A stretch of 60,978 bases of DNA from Candidatus Dojkabacteria bacterium (GTDB taxonomy: Bacteria; Patescibacteriota; Dojkabacteria; B142; WJKM01), in NCBI GenBank assembly GCA_014729085.1, contig WJKM01000017.1, positions 1 through 60,978 on the forward strand, in the 5' to 3' direction. Both the position numbers and the translations under genes were made by a program. The first letter of the stretch is position 1. Each line of letters begins with the position of its first letter. This document shows, one piece after another, positions 36,435 to 45,891 of this stretch. Under the pieces are notes generated by a model. That model was not told the origin of the DNA. It was given only the letters and a program-made list of their open reading frames with translations, and made no database searches.

Positions 36435-38867
36435 ATGAATGTAGCAATTGATATTACTACCCTTCTAGACCAATATTCATCCAGAGGTATTGGAATATAC
36501 ACAAAAAAACTTTTAAATATACTATTGCAGGATAAATCTATAAACTGGCATCTAATAGGATTTTTAGATAAAAAAACAAATATCAGTTTAATTAACAAGG
36601 ACTTGCTTGATAATTCAAATATTTATTTCCACTCTATTGGTCCTGTGAAATTATCTACTATTACTAATATTTTTACTTCAAGAAAAATATTTAATCAATT
36701 AAAACTGACCAATCCAGATATATTCTTCTCTCCTAACTTCGAACGGGGGATTTTCAAAGGTCCCTGGAAAAATGTTGTAACGATTCACGATATGATTCCA
36801 ATTGCCACAAACACTTTTTCTCAAAAAAGTAAAATTCACAATTTTTTTAAGGGATTATTCTATAAATATCAACTAAATAAAATTAAATTAGCAGATGCAA
36901 TTATTACTAACTCTGAATATAGTAAAAACCAAATAGAAAAATATCTGGGAATCAATTCATCTAAAATTTATCCCATCCCACTTGCAAAGGGAATTTCTGA
37001 TACAGAAGAAATAAAACGGGAAAAATTGAAAGCAAAATTGTTCCTGGAAACAAGCAACATAAAAGGAGAGTACTTTTTATATTATGGAGGACTAGAAAAA
37101 AATAAAAACATAGAAAATCTACTCAAAGCTTTCTCTATATTAAACAAGCAATATAAAAAAATTAAATTAGTAATAATTTCAAGCGATTTTAAATCAACTG
37201 TATCAGGCAGAATAATTCCTCAGACTTCTAAAGCAAAAAAAATCTCAAAGCTTATCCAAAAACTACATATAGATGCTCAAGTCATTTGTCTTGGTAAAGT
37301 CACATCTACAGAACTTCTCTTACTCTTGAAAAATGCTTTTGGATTTGTCCACTTATCTTTACATGAAGGATTCGGTCTTGCTGTGTTAGAAGCACTATCT
37401 CAGGGTATTCCTTCTATAATCTCAGATATTCCAGTTTATCGGGAGAATTTTGAAGGTGGAGCACTTTTTACAAATCCTACTAATCCAAAAGATATATATT
37501 CGGCTTTTTGTAAACTTCTTGATAATAAAAAACTCAGAAATAAACTATGTAAAGATGCGAAAAAAATAAGTGAAAATTTCAGCTGGGAAAAAACTGCTGG
37601 GGAAACCAAGGATATATTTAAGAAAGTAACGAATATCGTTTCTCAAAAACAACAGAAGAAAGAGGAAGTAAGCCGAACTGAGAATAAAGAACAAACTAAA
37701 ATTGCTTTTGTGATACCTCATTTCTATCCATTTAAAGGCGGTGCAGAAAACTACACATTAAATATTGCTCGCCATTTTGCACAAAAAGATAAAAATGTTG
37801 AGGTATATACTTCAACTAACAAACCCAATCAGACTAAAAGAGAAAATTATAGGGGAATTCAAATACTACGTTCAGCAACCCTAATTGATTCGTACTATCT
37901 ACGTTTCTATCCAGGATTATTTTCTATACTTATGAACTCTGATGCTGATATTCTCCATGTACAGGGTTTTGGATTTATATGGCAGGATTTTTGTTTAATA
38001 ATTAAAAAATTCTTTTCAAGAAAAAAGATTAAATATATAAATACACCGCATGGTCCATTTATGGCTAGAAAAAAATATAAAGCGCATCAAATGTTAATGA
38101 AAAATATTTACACATGGATACAGCGGTTGTTCTTAAATTGGCTCTATGATTTAGTCATTGCTGATAATCATCAACAGTCAAGTTGGATTCATAAAGAATA
38201 CGGCATAAATCTTGATAAAATTAAATATCTTCCAATAGGTATACCAAAGGATCACTTTAAATCTTCTGACCTTAAAGAAAAAAATTCAGTCATTAAAGAA
38301 TTGGGAATTACATCGAATACCACTGTCATGTCTTACCTAGGTAGATTCCATAAGTACAAAGGTATACACCACATTCTAAAAGCACTAAAAAAAGTTAAAG
38401 AAAAATATGAAGATTTCCTTTTTGTTTTCATGGGTTCTGATTCCGGAGAACTTAAATTTATGAAAAAATTTATTATTGAAAATCGTCTCGAAAATAATGT
38501 CAAAATCATTGAAAAGCCAACCGATCAAAAAAGAAATACTGTTCTAGATATTTCCGAAATATTTGTATTTCCTAGTTGGTGGGAAGCATTTGGGATCTCT
38601 ATGGTTGAAGCAATGGCTCATAAAAATGCAATTATATCTTCAAAAACTGAAGGAGGATTACACTTGATTCAGAATAAGAAAAATGGAATTTTGGTCTCAT
38701 ATGCTAATATACAACAGCTTCAACTTGCTATAATCCGTCTTCTGAAAGATGAAAAATTAAGAAACAAATGTATCAAAAATAATTATGAGAAAGCAGAACT
38801 ATTAGTATGGGAGAAGCTTTGGCCTGAGTATAATTCAATTTACCAAATAAATGGGAAAAATATTTAA
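36435..38867 (+). CDS. Bifunctional glycosyltransferase: two tandem GT4 domains
   Basis: Domain 1 has NVAIDITTL...RGIGIYT and LHEGFGLAVLEALSQGIPSI. Domain 2 has KIAFVIPHFYPFKGGAENY and WWEAFGISMVEAMAHKNAII. Confidence 0.88.
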   Translation: MNVAIDITTLLDQYSSRGIGIYTKKLLNILLQDKSINWHLIGFLDKKTNISLINKDLLDNSNIYFHSIGPVKLSTITNIFTSRKIFNQLKLTNPDIFFSPNFERGIFKGPWKNVVTIHDMIPIATNTFSQKSKIHNFFKGLFYKYQLNKIKLADAIITNSEYSKNQIEKYLGINSSKIYPIPLAKGISDTEEIKREKLKAKLFLETSNIKGEYFLYYGGLEKNKNIENLLKAFSILNKQYKKIKLVIISSDFKSTVSGRIIPQTSKAKKISKLIQKLHIDAQVICLGKVTSTELLLLLKNAFGFVHLSLHEGFGLAVLEALSQGIPSIISDIPVYRENFEGGALFTNPTNPKDIYSAFCKLLDNKKLRNKLCKDAKKISENFSWEKTAGETKDIFKKVTNIVSQKQQKKEEVSRTENKEQTKIAFVIPHFYPFKGGAENYTLNIARHFAQKDKNVEVYTSTNKPNQTKRENYRGIQILRSATLIDSYYLRFYPGLFSILMNSDADILHVQGFGFIWQDFCLIIKKFFSRKKIKYINTPHGPFMARKKYKAHQMLMKNIYTWIQRLFLNWLYDLVIADNHQQSSWIHKEYGINLDKIKYLPIGIPKDHFKSSDLKEKNSVIKELGITSNTTVMSYLGRFHKYKGIHHILKALKKVKEKYEDFLFVFMGSDSGELKFMKKFIIENRLENNVKIIEKPTDQKRNTVLDISEIFVFPSWWEAFGISMVEAMAHKNAIISSKTEGGLHLIQNKKNGILVSYANIQQLQLAIIRLLKDEKLRNKCIKNNYEKAELLVWEKLWPEYNSIYQINGKNI

Positions 38868-40398
38868 AAAACAACCTCATATTGTTGAAAAAATTTTCCG
38901 AATTATCCCGGGGATGGTTATTTGGTTATTATTAACCTCACCTATATGGTTGTCTCCAACTTTACCTGCATTTCTCGCTAATTTTATAATTGTATTTGCT
39001 GTCTATTGGCTTTACAGAACCATTATCTTTGTAATTGGCCTGGTAATCGGCTATAACAAATTTCAAAAAGCAAAGCACCAAGACTGGTTAAAAAAATGCA
39101 ACAAACTTAATTTCAACAAACTTCCTAACCAAAAAACTTTACCTCAAACGTCAAAACTCCCTAAACATTTAATTGTCATTCCCATAGGTAGTGCAAAATA
39201 TAATCTGCTTAAACAAACCTTAGATGCAATTAAAAACCAAAATTATCCTAAAGAATATATTTATATTTCCTTATCTTTCGAACAGCGTTTAGTAGAACAT
39301 GATTTCAAGTACTACAAGAAACTGATGGAAAGAATACAGAGAGAATACTCTGAGTTCGAGGATAATCTGATGATTTTTACACATCCCAAGAATATCAAAA
39401 ATGAAGCTATAGGAGCAGCTGCCAATCGTAGCTGGGGGACAAAAAAAGCAGTGGATGCGCTTGAAAAAAGAAATATGAGAATTGAGGATTTTATTATTAC
39501 AAGTCCAGATGAGGACTTAAAATTTCATCCTGAGTACCTAGCAACGGTTTCCTATCAATATCTAACTACAGAAGATAGAGAAAAAAAATTTTATCAAACT
39601 GCAGTATATCTTTTTCATAATAATTATTGGAAAGTACCACTAATTATTAGGGTTTGGTCGATGTCTCTTTCTCTTCCAGTACTATCTTCTTCCGTCACCC
39701 ACAGGACTGATAGAGAAACCTGGTCTTGTTATTCTATTAACCTTAAAGTTATGAAAGAAGTGAATTATTGGAATACCGCAATAAGCATCGATGATACTCC
39801 ATTTTATTGGAGACCTTTTGATTATTTTGATGGAGATTTCGAATGTATAACTTTTTTTGTTCCGGTATTTGCAGATGCAGTCTATCATCCAAACAAGATA
39901 AAAAACTATAAAGCCCAGTATAAACAGCTTGTTCGTTGGGGTTGGGGAATAATTACCTTTCCTATTGCAATGAGGGTTCTACTAACCAACAAGAAAATTC
40001 CCTTATTAACAAAATTGAAAAAATTAAGTGTTATGTTTGAAATCATGATTTTAACAAGATTGGCAGCAATTTTACTAACGATAGCAATACCTTTAATAAC
40101 AATAATGAATCCAGATTTTAGCTATACCGCTATTGCATATTCATTACCTGAAACCTTATCTTCGATTATGTCAATGTTAACTTTTTTTATGATTCCAACA
40201 ATTTTTTATAAATTTCTATTACTTCCCAAAGTACCTAAAAAATATAATAAATTAAGATTCATTCTCGAATTTATTATGGAAATTCCTATGCATATTCTTG
40301 TTTTTTATACTTTTGCATTTCTTCCCTTTTTGGTAGGACCAACTAAAATGATGTTGGGCTATAGTTACCAATTTGTGATTACCGAAAAAAAAGAATGA
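38851..40398 (+). CDS. Membrane-embedded GT2-like glycosyltransferase (synthase-like)
   Basis: N-terminal TMs, then LIVIPIGSAKYNLLKQTLDAIKNQNYP (GT2 N-terminal pattern), then C-terminal multi-TM. Overlaps the upstream gene by 17 nt. Confidence 0.6.
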   Translation: MGKIFKKQPHIVEKIFRIIPGMVIWLLLTSPIWLSPTLPAFLANFIIVFAVYWLYRTIIFVIGLVIGYNKFQKAKHQDWLKKCNKLNFNKLPNQKTLPQTSKLPKHLIVIPIGSAKYNLLKQTLDAIKNQNYPKEYIYISLSFEQRLVEHDFKYYKKLMERIQREYSEFEDNLMIFTHPKNIKNEAIGAAANRSWGTKKAVDALEKRNMRIEDFIITSPDEDLKFHPEYLATVSYQYLTTEDREKKFYQTAVYLFHNNYWKVPLIIRVWSMSLSLPVLSSSVTHRTDRETWSCYSINLKVMKEVNYWNTAISIDDTPFYWRPFDYFDGDFECITFFVPVFADAVYHPNKIKNYKAQYKQLVRWGWGIITFPIAMRVLLTNKKIPLLTKLKKLSVMFEIMILTRLAAILLTIAIPLITIMNPDFSYTAIAYSLPETLSSIMSMLTFFMIPTIFYKFLLLPKVPKKYNKLRFILEFIMEIPMHILVFYTFAFLPFLVGPTKMMLGYSYQFVITEKKE

Positions 40399-40574
40399 GT
40401 ATATTAATTTGGCGAATTTATCATTTTCTTTTATAATGAACTGATGTGGACTTAAGTCTGTATTGTAGAATAAAATCATACTATAGACGAAGATAATATA
40501 TAGTTTAAGTACTCGAAAGAGGATTTTTCTACGAAAAATAAAAAACTTGTATTTTAAATAACTATTTTACTACA

Positions 40575-41675
40575 GTGACAATATTCCTTTCGACTCTGGT
40601 TATCATTCTATGTTTTTACACAATGTTCAGAGTTGTTGAAAACTACTTCATGAAAAGTCTAGACAGTATCTCCGACTGGTTGAAACTCACCCCAACAGTT
40701 GCTGGGGCAACATTAATGGCTTTTGGAACAAGTGCACCTGAGTTAAGTACCGCTTTAGTTACATTATTTGTTCCCAATACAGATCCAGCGACCGGACTTG
40801 GTTCAATTGTGGGAGCTGCATTATTTCAAACTTTAGTCGTTATTGGTTTTGCAGCAATTGTCCATACCACTCACTTAGACTGGAAACCAGTACTTAGAGA
40901 TGGCCTGTTTTATGCTCTCGCAATTTTTCTATTAATAATATTTGCACAAGACGGGGTCTTTACATTTATTGAAGCCGGCTTCTTTGTGCTAGTCTATATC
41001 TCATATTTGGGAGTTCAACTATATTGGTCTAAATCAGTTGAAGAGGCAATTGAACCTGATGCCCTTGATATCATTGAAGAAGGGATAAAAGAAATGGAAA
41101 AGAGACGATATTCTGTTGTGGAAAAAATCCAACAATTTATTACCAAACCCATTGATTCAATATTAGTCTCTGTTCTCAAACTTATCCCTGATCCAGATAA
41201 AAAACCTAAATGGACTATACCAGTATTTTTCATTTCATTAATAATTATTGGTTTACTTAGTTATTTTCTTGTTCTAGCTTCAGAGACCTTAGCGGACAGT
41301 ATTGGCGTACCCCATTCAATAGTTGCATTGACAATACTTGCAGGGGGTGGTGCTCTACCAGAGATAATAGCTTCAGTAATAGTGTCAAAGAATAATAAAG
41401 GAGATATGGCAGTAAGCAATGCAATTGGGAGTAACATTTTTGATATTCTCATAAGTCTTGGACTCCCCCTTCTCTTTTATACTATGGTCAATGGTAATTT
41501 AGGCGGAATAGACGACCATAATATCCACAGCTCTATGTTACTTCTTTTCGCTACTTTGATTTCAGTAGTACTTCTTCTTATAGTTCAAAGATTTAATATA
41601 AATAGATGGTCAGGAGGTGTTCTTATTTTTCTATATATCCTTTATGTCTTTGCAGCATACACTGGGAGGATTTAA
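40575..41675 (+). CDS. Ca2+/Na+ antiporter family (CaCA, YrbG-like) membrane protein
   Basis: Alpha-repeat motifs GTSAPELSTA and GGALPEIIAS. GTG start in the maximal ORF. Confidence 0.85.
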   Translation: MTIFLSTLVIILCFYTMFRVVENYFMKSLDSISDWLKLTPTVAGATLMAFGTSAPELSTALVTLFVPNTDPATGLGSIVGAALFQTLVVIGFAAIVHTTHLDWKPVLRDGLFYALAIFLLIIFAQDGVFTFIEAGFFVLVYISYLGVQLYWSKSVEEAIEPDALDIIEEGIKEMEKRRYSVVEKIQQFITKPIDSILVSVLKLIPDPDKKPKWTIPVFFISLIIIGLLSYFLVLASETLADSIGVPHSIVALTILAGGGALPEIIASVIVSKNNKGDMAVSNAIGSNIFDILISLGLPLLFYTMVNGNLGGIDDHNIHSSMLLLFATLISVVLLLIVQRFNINRWSGGVLIFLYILYVFAAYTGRI

Positions 41676-41744
41676 CCAATAATACCCTCTATTTGAGGAA
41701 TCTGGTAAACTATTAATATTACTCAAAAAAATCAATCTCAATAT

Positions 41745-42854
41745 ATGAATAATAAGAATACGTCATATTCATCTAAACGTCTAATAAGCTTAGATATACT
41801 AAGAGACATTGTAATTGTATTAATGATATTTGCCCATACAATGTCCTTTTTCTATTCAGGAAACAACATACTAATTCGAACATTACAAAAGTATGGAGAT
41901 TTAGTTAGCTTTACCACTTTTTTCTTTGTTTCCGGAGTAACACAATACATTTGTGCTATTAAACTTACAGAAAAGAATTGGCAGAATAAAAAATCACAAT
42001 ATATTAAAAATATTTTCGTTTTAGTCTCAGGTTATTATCTAGTAGCTTTTATTGGATCAATAAAAGAATTATCACAACTTCATGCTAATGAATATATAAC
42101 TTATATATTTAAAATTATTTTTCTGATAAATGTTCCCAACTTTACCGAATTTATTCTGTCATTTGTAATTATCAAATTATTAATTTACTTTTTCCGGAAA
42201 CAATTCAAATTCCTTATTCAGTATAAATATTTTGGATATTTTCTTGGTATTTCATTACTTTTATCAGGTAATTTAATGAGTTCTTATGAATTACCGTTCC
42301 CAATACATCATTACACTTCCTTTATTTTCGGCTTTAAAGATTGGTACCGTTTTCCAATTATGCAATACTTTATTGTTTTCTTTCTTGGGTTAGTAACTGC
42401 AAAAAAAATAATAAATAGACCCAAAATAAAACGATTATATGTTTATCTCACGTTTCTCGCTATATTATTGATCTTCTATATTTTTATTGAAATCTCATAT
42501 GTCTTGAACCTCGATATGCAACTTCTTAGGTTCAACCGATGGCCACCAACAGTATTATTCTTAATTCTTGGTTTATTCTTTATTTATTCCTGTCTGTGTA
42601 TATCAGAAATGGCAAAAAATGTATTCAACAAAATATCTAAATATTGGATTATTTTAAGCAAAAACTCACTACAAATATACATTATTCATATCATTGTTCT
42701 TGAATTTCTAAGCCTAGCTATAGATTTGCAAACCACAAATGTATCATTAGCTGTACTAATTTTTATGTATATTTTCATTGCATCCGGTTATATTTCAAAT
42801 TTTATACATAGAAAATACCTGAAACAAATAATTGGCCAATTACGTCATAAATAG
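41745..42854 (+). CDS. DUF1624/HGSNAT-like membrane acyltransferase family protein
   Basis: RLISLDILRDIVIVLMIFAHT N-terminal motif and about 10 TM helices. Confidence 0.65.
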   Translation: MNNKNTSYSSKRLISLDILRDIVIVLMIFAHTMSFFYSGNNILIRTLQKYGDLVSFTTFFFVSGVTQYICAIKLTEKNWQNKKSQYIKNIFVLVSGYYLVAFIGSIKELSQLHANEYITYIFKIIFLINVPNFTEFILSFVIIKLLIYFFRKQFKFLIQYKYFGYFLGISLLLSGNLMSSYELPFPIHHYTSFIFGFKDWYRFPIMQYFIVFFLGLVTAKKIINRPKIKRLYVYLTFLAILLIFYIFIEISYVLNLDMQLLRFNRWPPTVLFLILGLFFIYSCLCISEMAKNVFNKISKYWIILSKNSLQIYIIHIIVLEFLSLAIDLQTTNVSLAVLIFMYIFIASGYISNFIHRKYLKQIIGQLRHK

Positions 42855-42959
42855 TAGTAAAAAAGGTAATTATTATGCTATACTATACTATAGGATTTTC
42901 GATGTTACATAGCGAGATTACGTCCATATACTACACTATTTTTGTCTTGAAAGATCTAT

Positions 42960-44777
42960 ATGAAAAATTTTTCAAATTTATCAAAAAAGAATTCATTAAT
43001 AATTCTGCTAATCATGGGATTATCCGTCTTTTTTATTTTCAAGAATACATTTGAAAACTCCAAACCTTCAACGGAAGATACAAAGCCCTCTATACTTGGA
43101 GCAAGTGAGACTATTCCTTGGTGGAATAGTGATTACAGGTATTCAAGATCTATAACAATAAATAATACTGATGAAACCTTGACATCCAACTCATGGTTGA
43201 ATTTTGAATTCGACCATAAAGAATTGGTCTCACAAAATATAGCAATGGAGAATGGAGAAGACATACAAGTTGTATATAAAGAGGAAAACGATAACTACTC
43301 CATAGTTGAATCATTCATTGATAACCCAAACACAAATGAATCAAAAATATATTTCCAATTAATTGAAACTATTCCAACCACTTCTACTGAATCTAGATAT
43401 TCTTTGTATTATGGAAATAATTTGGTTGAAGAAAGTACGAAAACTTATGAAATGAACCCAAATAACCTTCCCCAAAACTACAATGTAAAACTCGGTGAGG
43501 AAATAAAAAATCCTGTATTTTCAGCAATCAACAGAAAATGGATACTGACCGGCACAAAGAACCTTCAAGAATATTCTACTTTGGTATACGAAATTGAACT
43601 AAATAGTGCTGTTCCAATTAATAACCAACCTCAATACGCAATTGAGGGCACTTCGATAAAAGGTGATTTAACTAATGAGAAAGAAAATCGATATAAAGCT
43701 GAAATTGATTTAAGCAAAGCAGAACCAGGTGAATATTATATTGTAACAAATATTGTTACAAATAATGGGAAAAAATTGTCAAGCCCAAAATCCAAAATAA
43801 TAATATCCGAACCTTTATTTGTTGTTTATTCTCTAGACTGGGAAGGGTACGATTCTTCAGACCAAACCTTGAAACTTATTGAAGAGTTTACAGAAAAGTA
43901 TCAAATACCTGTTACCCATTTCTGGAATCCCAGAATTTATATTGCTCCAGAAATTGCTAACAATAGAGTTGAATTTCTAACAGATTGGATAAAAAATCGA
44001 GCAAGCATGGGTGATGAAATTGGACTGCATCTTCATATGAATATTGATATGCTTGAAGCTGCAGGCATTGAAGCTAAAACAAGTCCAAACTGGGATTCAG
44101 ACAGATATAGTGGATACAGGAAAGGAAGCGATGTACCTTCCTATATCTATTCCTATGATGAATATAGACAATTATTGGAATGGTCTAAAGAACAGTTTAA
44201 AACCGCTGGCTTAAAAACTCCAATATCTTTTCGGGCAGGTGGCTGGATGGCTGGATTAGAGATATTAAAAGCTCTCCAGGATACTGGCTTTAAAATTGAT
44301 TCTTCTGGTAGAACTAAATTTAGCTTAGGGCAAAATAAATATAAAGAGCCGGAAGTTGATGCATCTGGTAATACCCTTGAAATCAATGAGGCAGAAGAAT
44401 TGGAACAAATTGAACATTTGGTAGAAGGTAGATGGAATCTTGCTTCTACTACCAAACCCTATAAACCATCTATAACAGATATAAACTCTTCTAAAGCACC
44501 TACCCTTGATTTGTGGGAATTCCCAAACAATGGACAAGATTCTTGGAGATTAGGTGCTGAGGAGATGATTTCGCTTTTCAAAGCAAATTATTCGGGTGGA
44601 ATTTTAGAGGAAAAGCAAACTTTAACCTATTTATCTCACCCTCATGCATTTCAGATTGATATTCAAAGAGTTGAGCTCTTATATCAAAACATAGACCAAT
44701 ACAATATTAAAGAAGATGGTGGCCCAGTCATATTCGTAACATTGGAAGACGTATATAAAGAATATACTTCTAATTAG
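42960..44777 (+). CDS. Membrane-anchored extracytoplasmic protein with an N-terminal DUF2341-like domain and a C-terminal possible polysaccharide deacetylase-like domain
   Basis: WWNSDYRYSRSITINN...GEDIQVVY resembles DUF2341. FVVYSLDWEGY...GLHLHM loosely resembles CE4-like motifs. Confidence 0.6.
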   Translation: MKNFSNLSKKNSLIILLIMGLSVFFIFKNTFENSKPSTEDTKPSILGASETIPWWNSDYRYSRSITINNTDETLTSNSWLNFEFDHKELVSQNIAMENGEDIQVVYKEENDNYSIVESFIDNPNTNESKIYFQLIETIPTTSTESRYSLYYGNNLVEESTKTYEMNPNNLPQNYNVKLGEEIKNPVFSAINRKWILTGTKNLQEYSTLVYEIELNSAVPINNQPQYAIEGTSIKGDLTNEKENRYKAEIDLSKAEPGEYYIVTNIVTNNGKKLSSPKSKIIISEPLFVVYSLDWEGYDSSDQTLKLIEEFTEKYQIPVTHFWNPRIYIAPEIANNRVEFLTDWIKNRASMGDEIGLHLHMNIDMLEAAGIEAKTSPNWDSDRYSGYRKGSDVPSYIYSYDEYRQLLEWSKEQFKTAGLKTPISFRAGGWMAGLEILKALQDTGFKIDSSGRTKFSLGQNKYKEPEVDASGNTLEINEAEELEQIEHLVEGRWNLASTTKPYKPSITDINSSKAPTLDLWEFPNNGQDSWRLGAEEMISLFKANYSGGILEEKQTLTYLSHPHAFQIDIQRVELLYQNIDQYNIKEDGGPVIFVTLEDVYKEYTSN

Positions 44778-44832
44778 AATAATTATATTATATAATTATC
44801 GTATAGTATTTTAATATATTACAATTTATACT

Positions 44833-45732
44833 ATGGAAGATTTTCCTAATCTATCAAATATTGAACCAGAAGACATACATATTGAACCTAGTCTCGGAGA
44901 TTTTAGTGAAGTAACTGGCATTCAATATGAAATAAATCTAGATTCCAACCCAAATGACTACGAGGTATTAGTAGTCAGCAATCCTGAAAATACCCAATTA
45001 AGGTATGCTTACTTACCCAATGGGGGCGTATCGGATACAGAAATCGTCTTTTGGGGGGACGATGGGGAACTTAATTATGCCATGGCTGATACTAATGGGA
45101 ACGATCTTCTAAGAGGCGATGAAACATATACATTAGATGTCACAGGCCAATGGTCCCAACTATATCCAGAATATCAATTTTCAAGTTCAGCAGTCGAGGA
45201 AACTTTGGAATCACTTAGTCAAGGGGAAGAACTAGTGCAAGATATTGAAGAATTTTTAATGGAAGAAAATTACTTATTACAAGTAACAGGAATAAGTAGG
45301 GAAGCTACCTATGGAGACAATGGTATACATACAGGGTTTAGATATAGTTTCAATCTAGATGATGATCCAGAATATGAGGTATATTTAACTACAGACCCTT
45401 CAGATACCTATATAAGATATGGTTTTTTTGAATCTCAAGAACAAGGAGGTATATTAGAAAGGGAAGCCGTTTATCGAGGAGATGAGAATGGACTTAATTC
45501 AGCAATGGTTGATACTAACGGAAATGGTTTATTAAGAGGAGATGAAACATATACATTAGATGTTACAGGTCAATGGTCCCAACTATATCCAGAATATCAA
45601 TTTGGGGAGGAAGATACTGAAGCAGCAAAAGTTTCTCTTTCTTATGGTGCAAATGTAATTGATTACTTAGAGCAGTATATTCAAGACCAACAACAAGAAC
45701 AACAGAGAGGTTTTCCATATCCATATGAATAA
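44833..45732 (+). CDS. Acidic hypothetical protein made of two ~141-aa repeats
   Basis: A 423-bp internal period. The segment DTNGN.LLRGDETYTLDVTGQWSQLYPEYQF occurs twice. No signal peptide. Confidence 0.75.
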   Translation: MEDFPNLSNIEPEDIHIEPSLGDFSEVTGIQYEINLDSNPNDYEVLVVSNPENTQLRYAYLPNGGVSDTEIVFWGDDGELNYAMADTNGNDLLRGDETYTLDVTGQWSQLYPEYQFSSSAVEETLESLSQGEELVQDIEEFLMEENYLLQVTGISREATYGDNGIHTGFRYSFNLDDDPEYEVYLTTDPSDTYIRYGFFESQEQGGILEREAVYRGDENGLNSAMVDTNGNGLLRGDETYTLDVTGQWSQLYPEYQFGEEDTEAAKVSLSYGANVIDYLEQYIQDQQQEQQRGFPYPYE

Positions 45733-45810
45733 ATAATCAAATATAAACTAAAAAAGTCATCAAACGATGATTTTTTTATGCTTGAAGAATTTAATATCAT
45801 AAGTGTAAGA

Positions 45811-45843
45811 TTTATTAATAATAATCGTATTATTATTAATAAA
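45811..45843. promoter_or_regulatory. 15-bp perfect AT-only inverted repeat upstream of 45892 (possible operator)
   Basis: TTTATTAATAATAAT, spacer cgt, ATTATTATTAATAAA. The low-complexity AT context reduces its significance. Confidence 0.25.
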
Positions 45844-45891
45844 AAGAGAATTATTTGATATATTATTATTAATTAGATACTGCCTTTTATT

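Noticed and set aside
40399-40574. A riboswitch upstream of the CaCA antiporter
   Set aside because: I could not fold a convincing conserved structure by eye or recognise any known metal-riboswitch motif. The region is AT-rich and of low information.
45118-45603. A diversity-generating retroelement TR/VR pair
   Set aside because: The two mismatches are C/T synonymous changes and not adenine-specific. Both copies lie inside the same ORF as part of a protein repeat, and no reverse transcriptase is present in the window.
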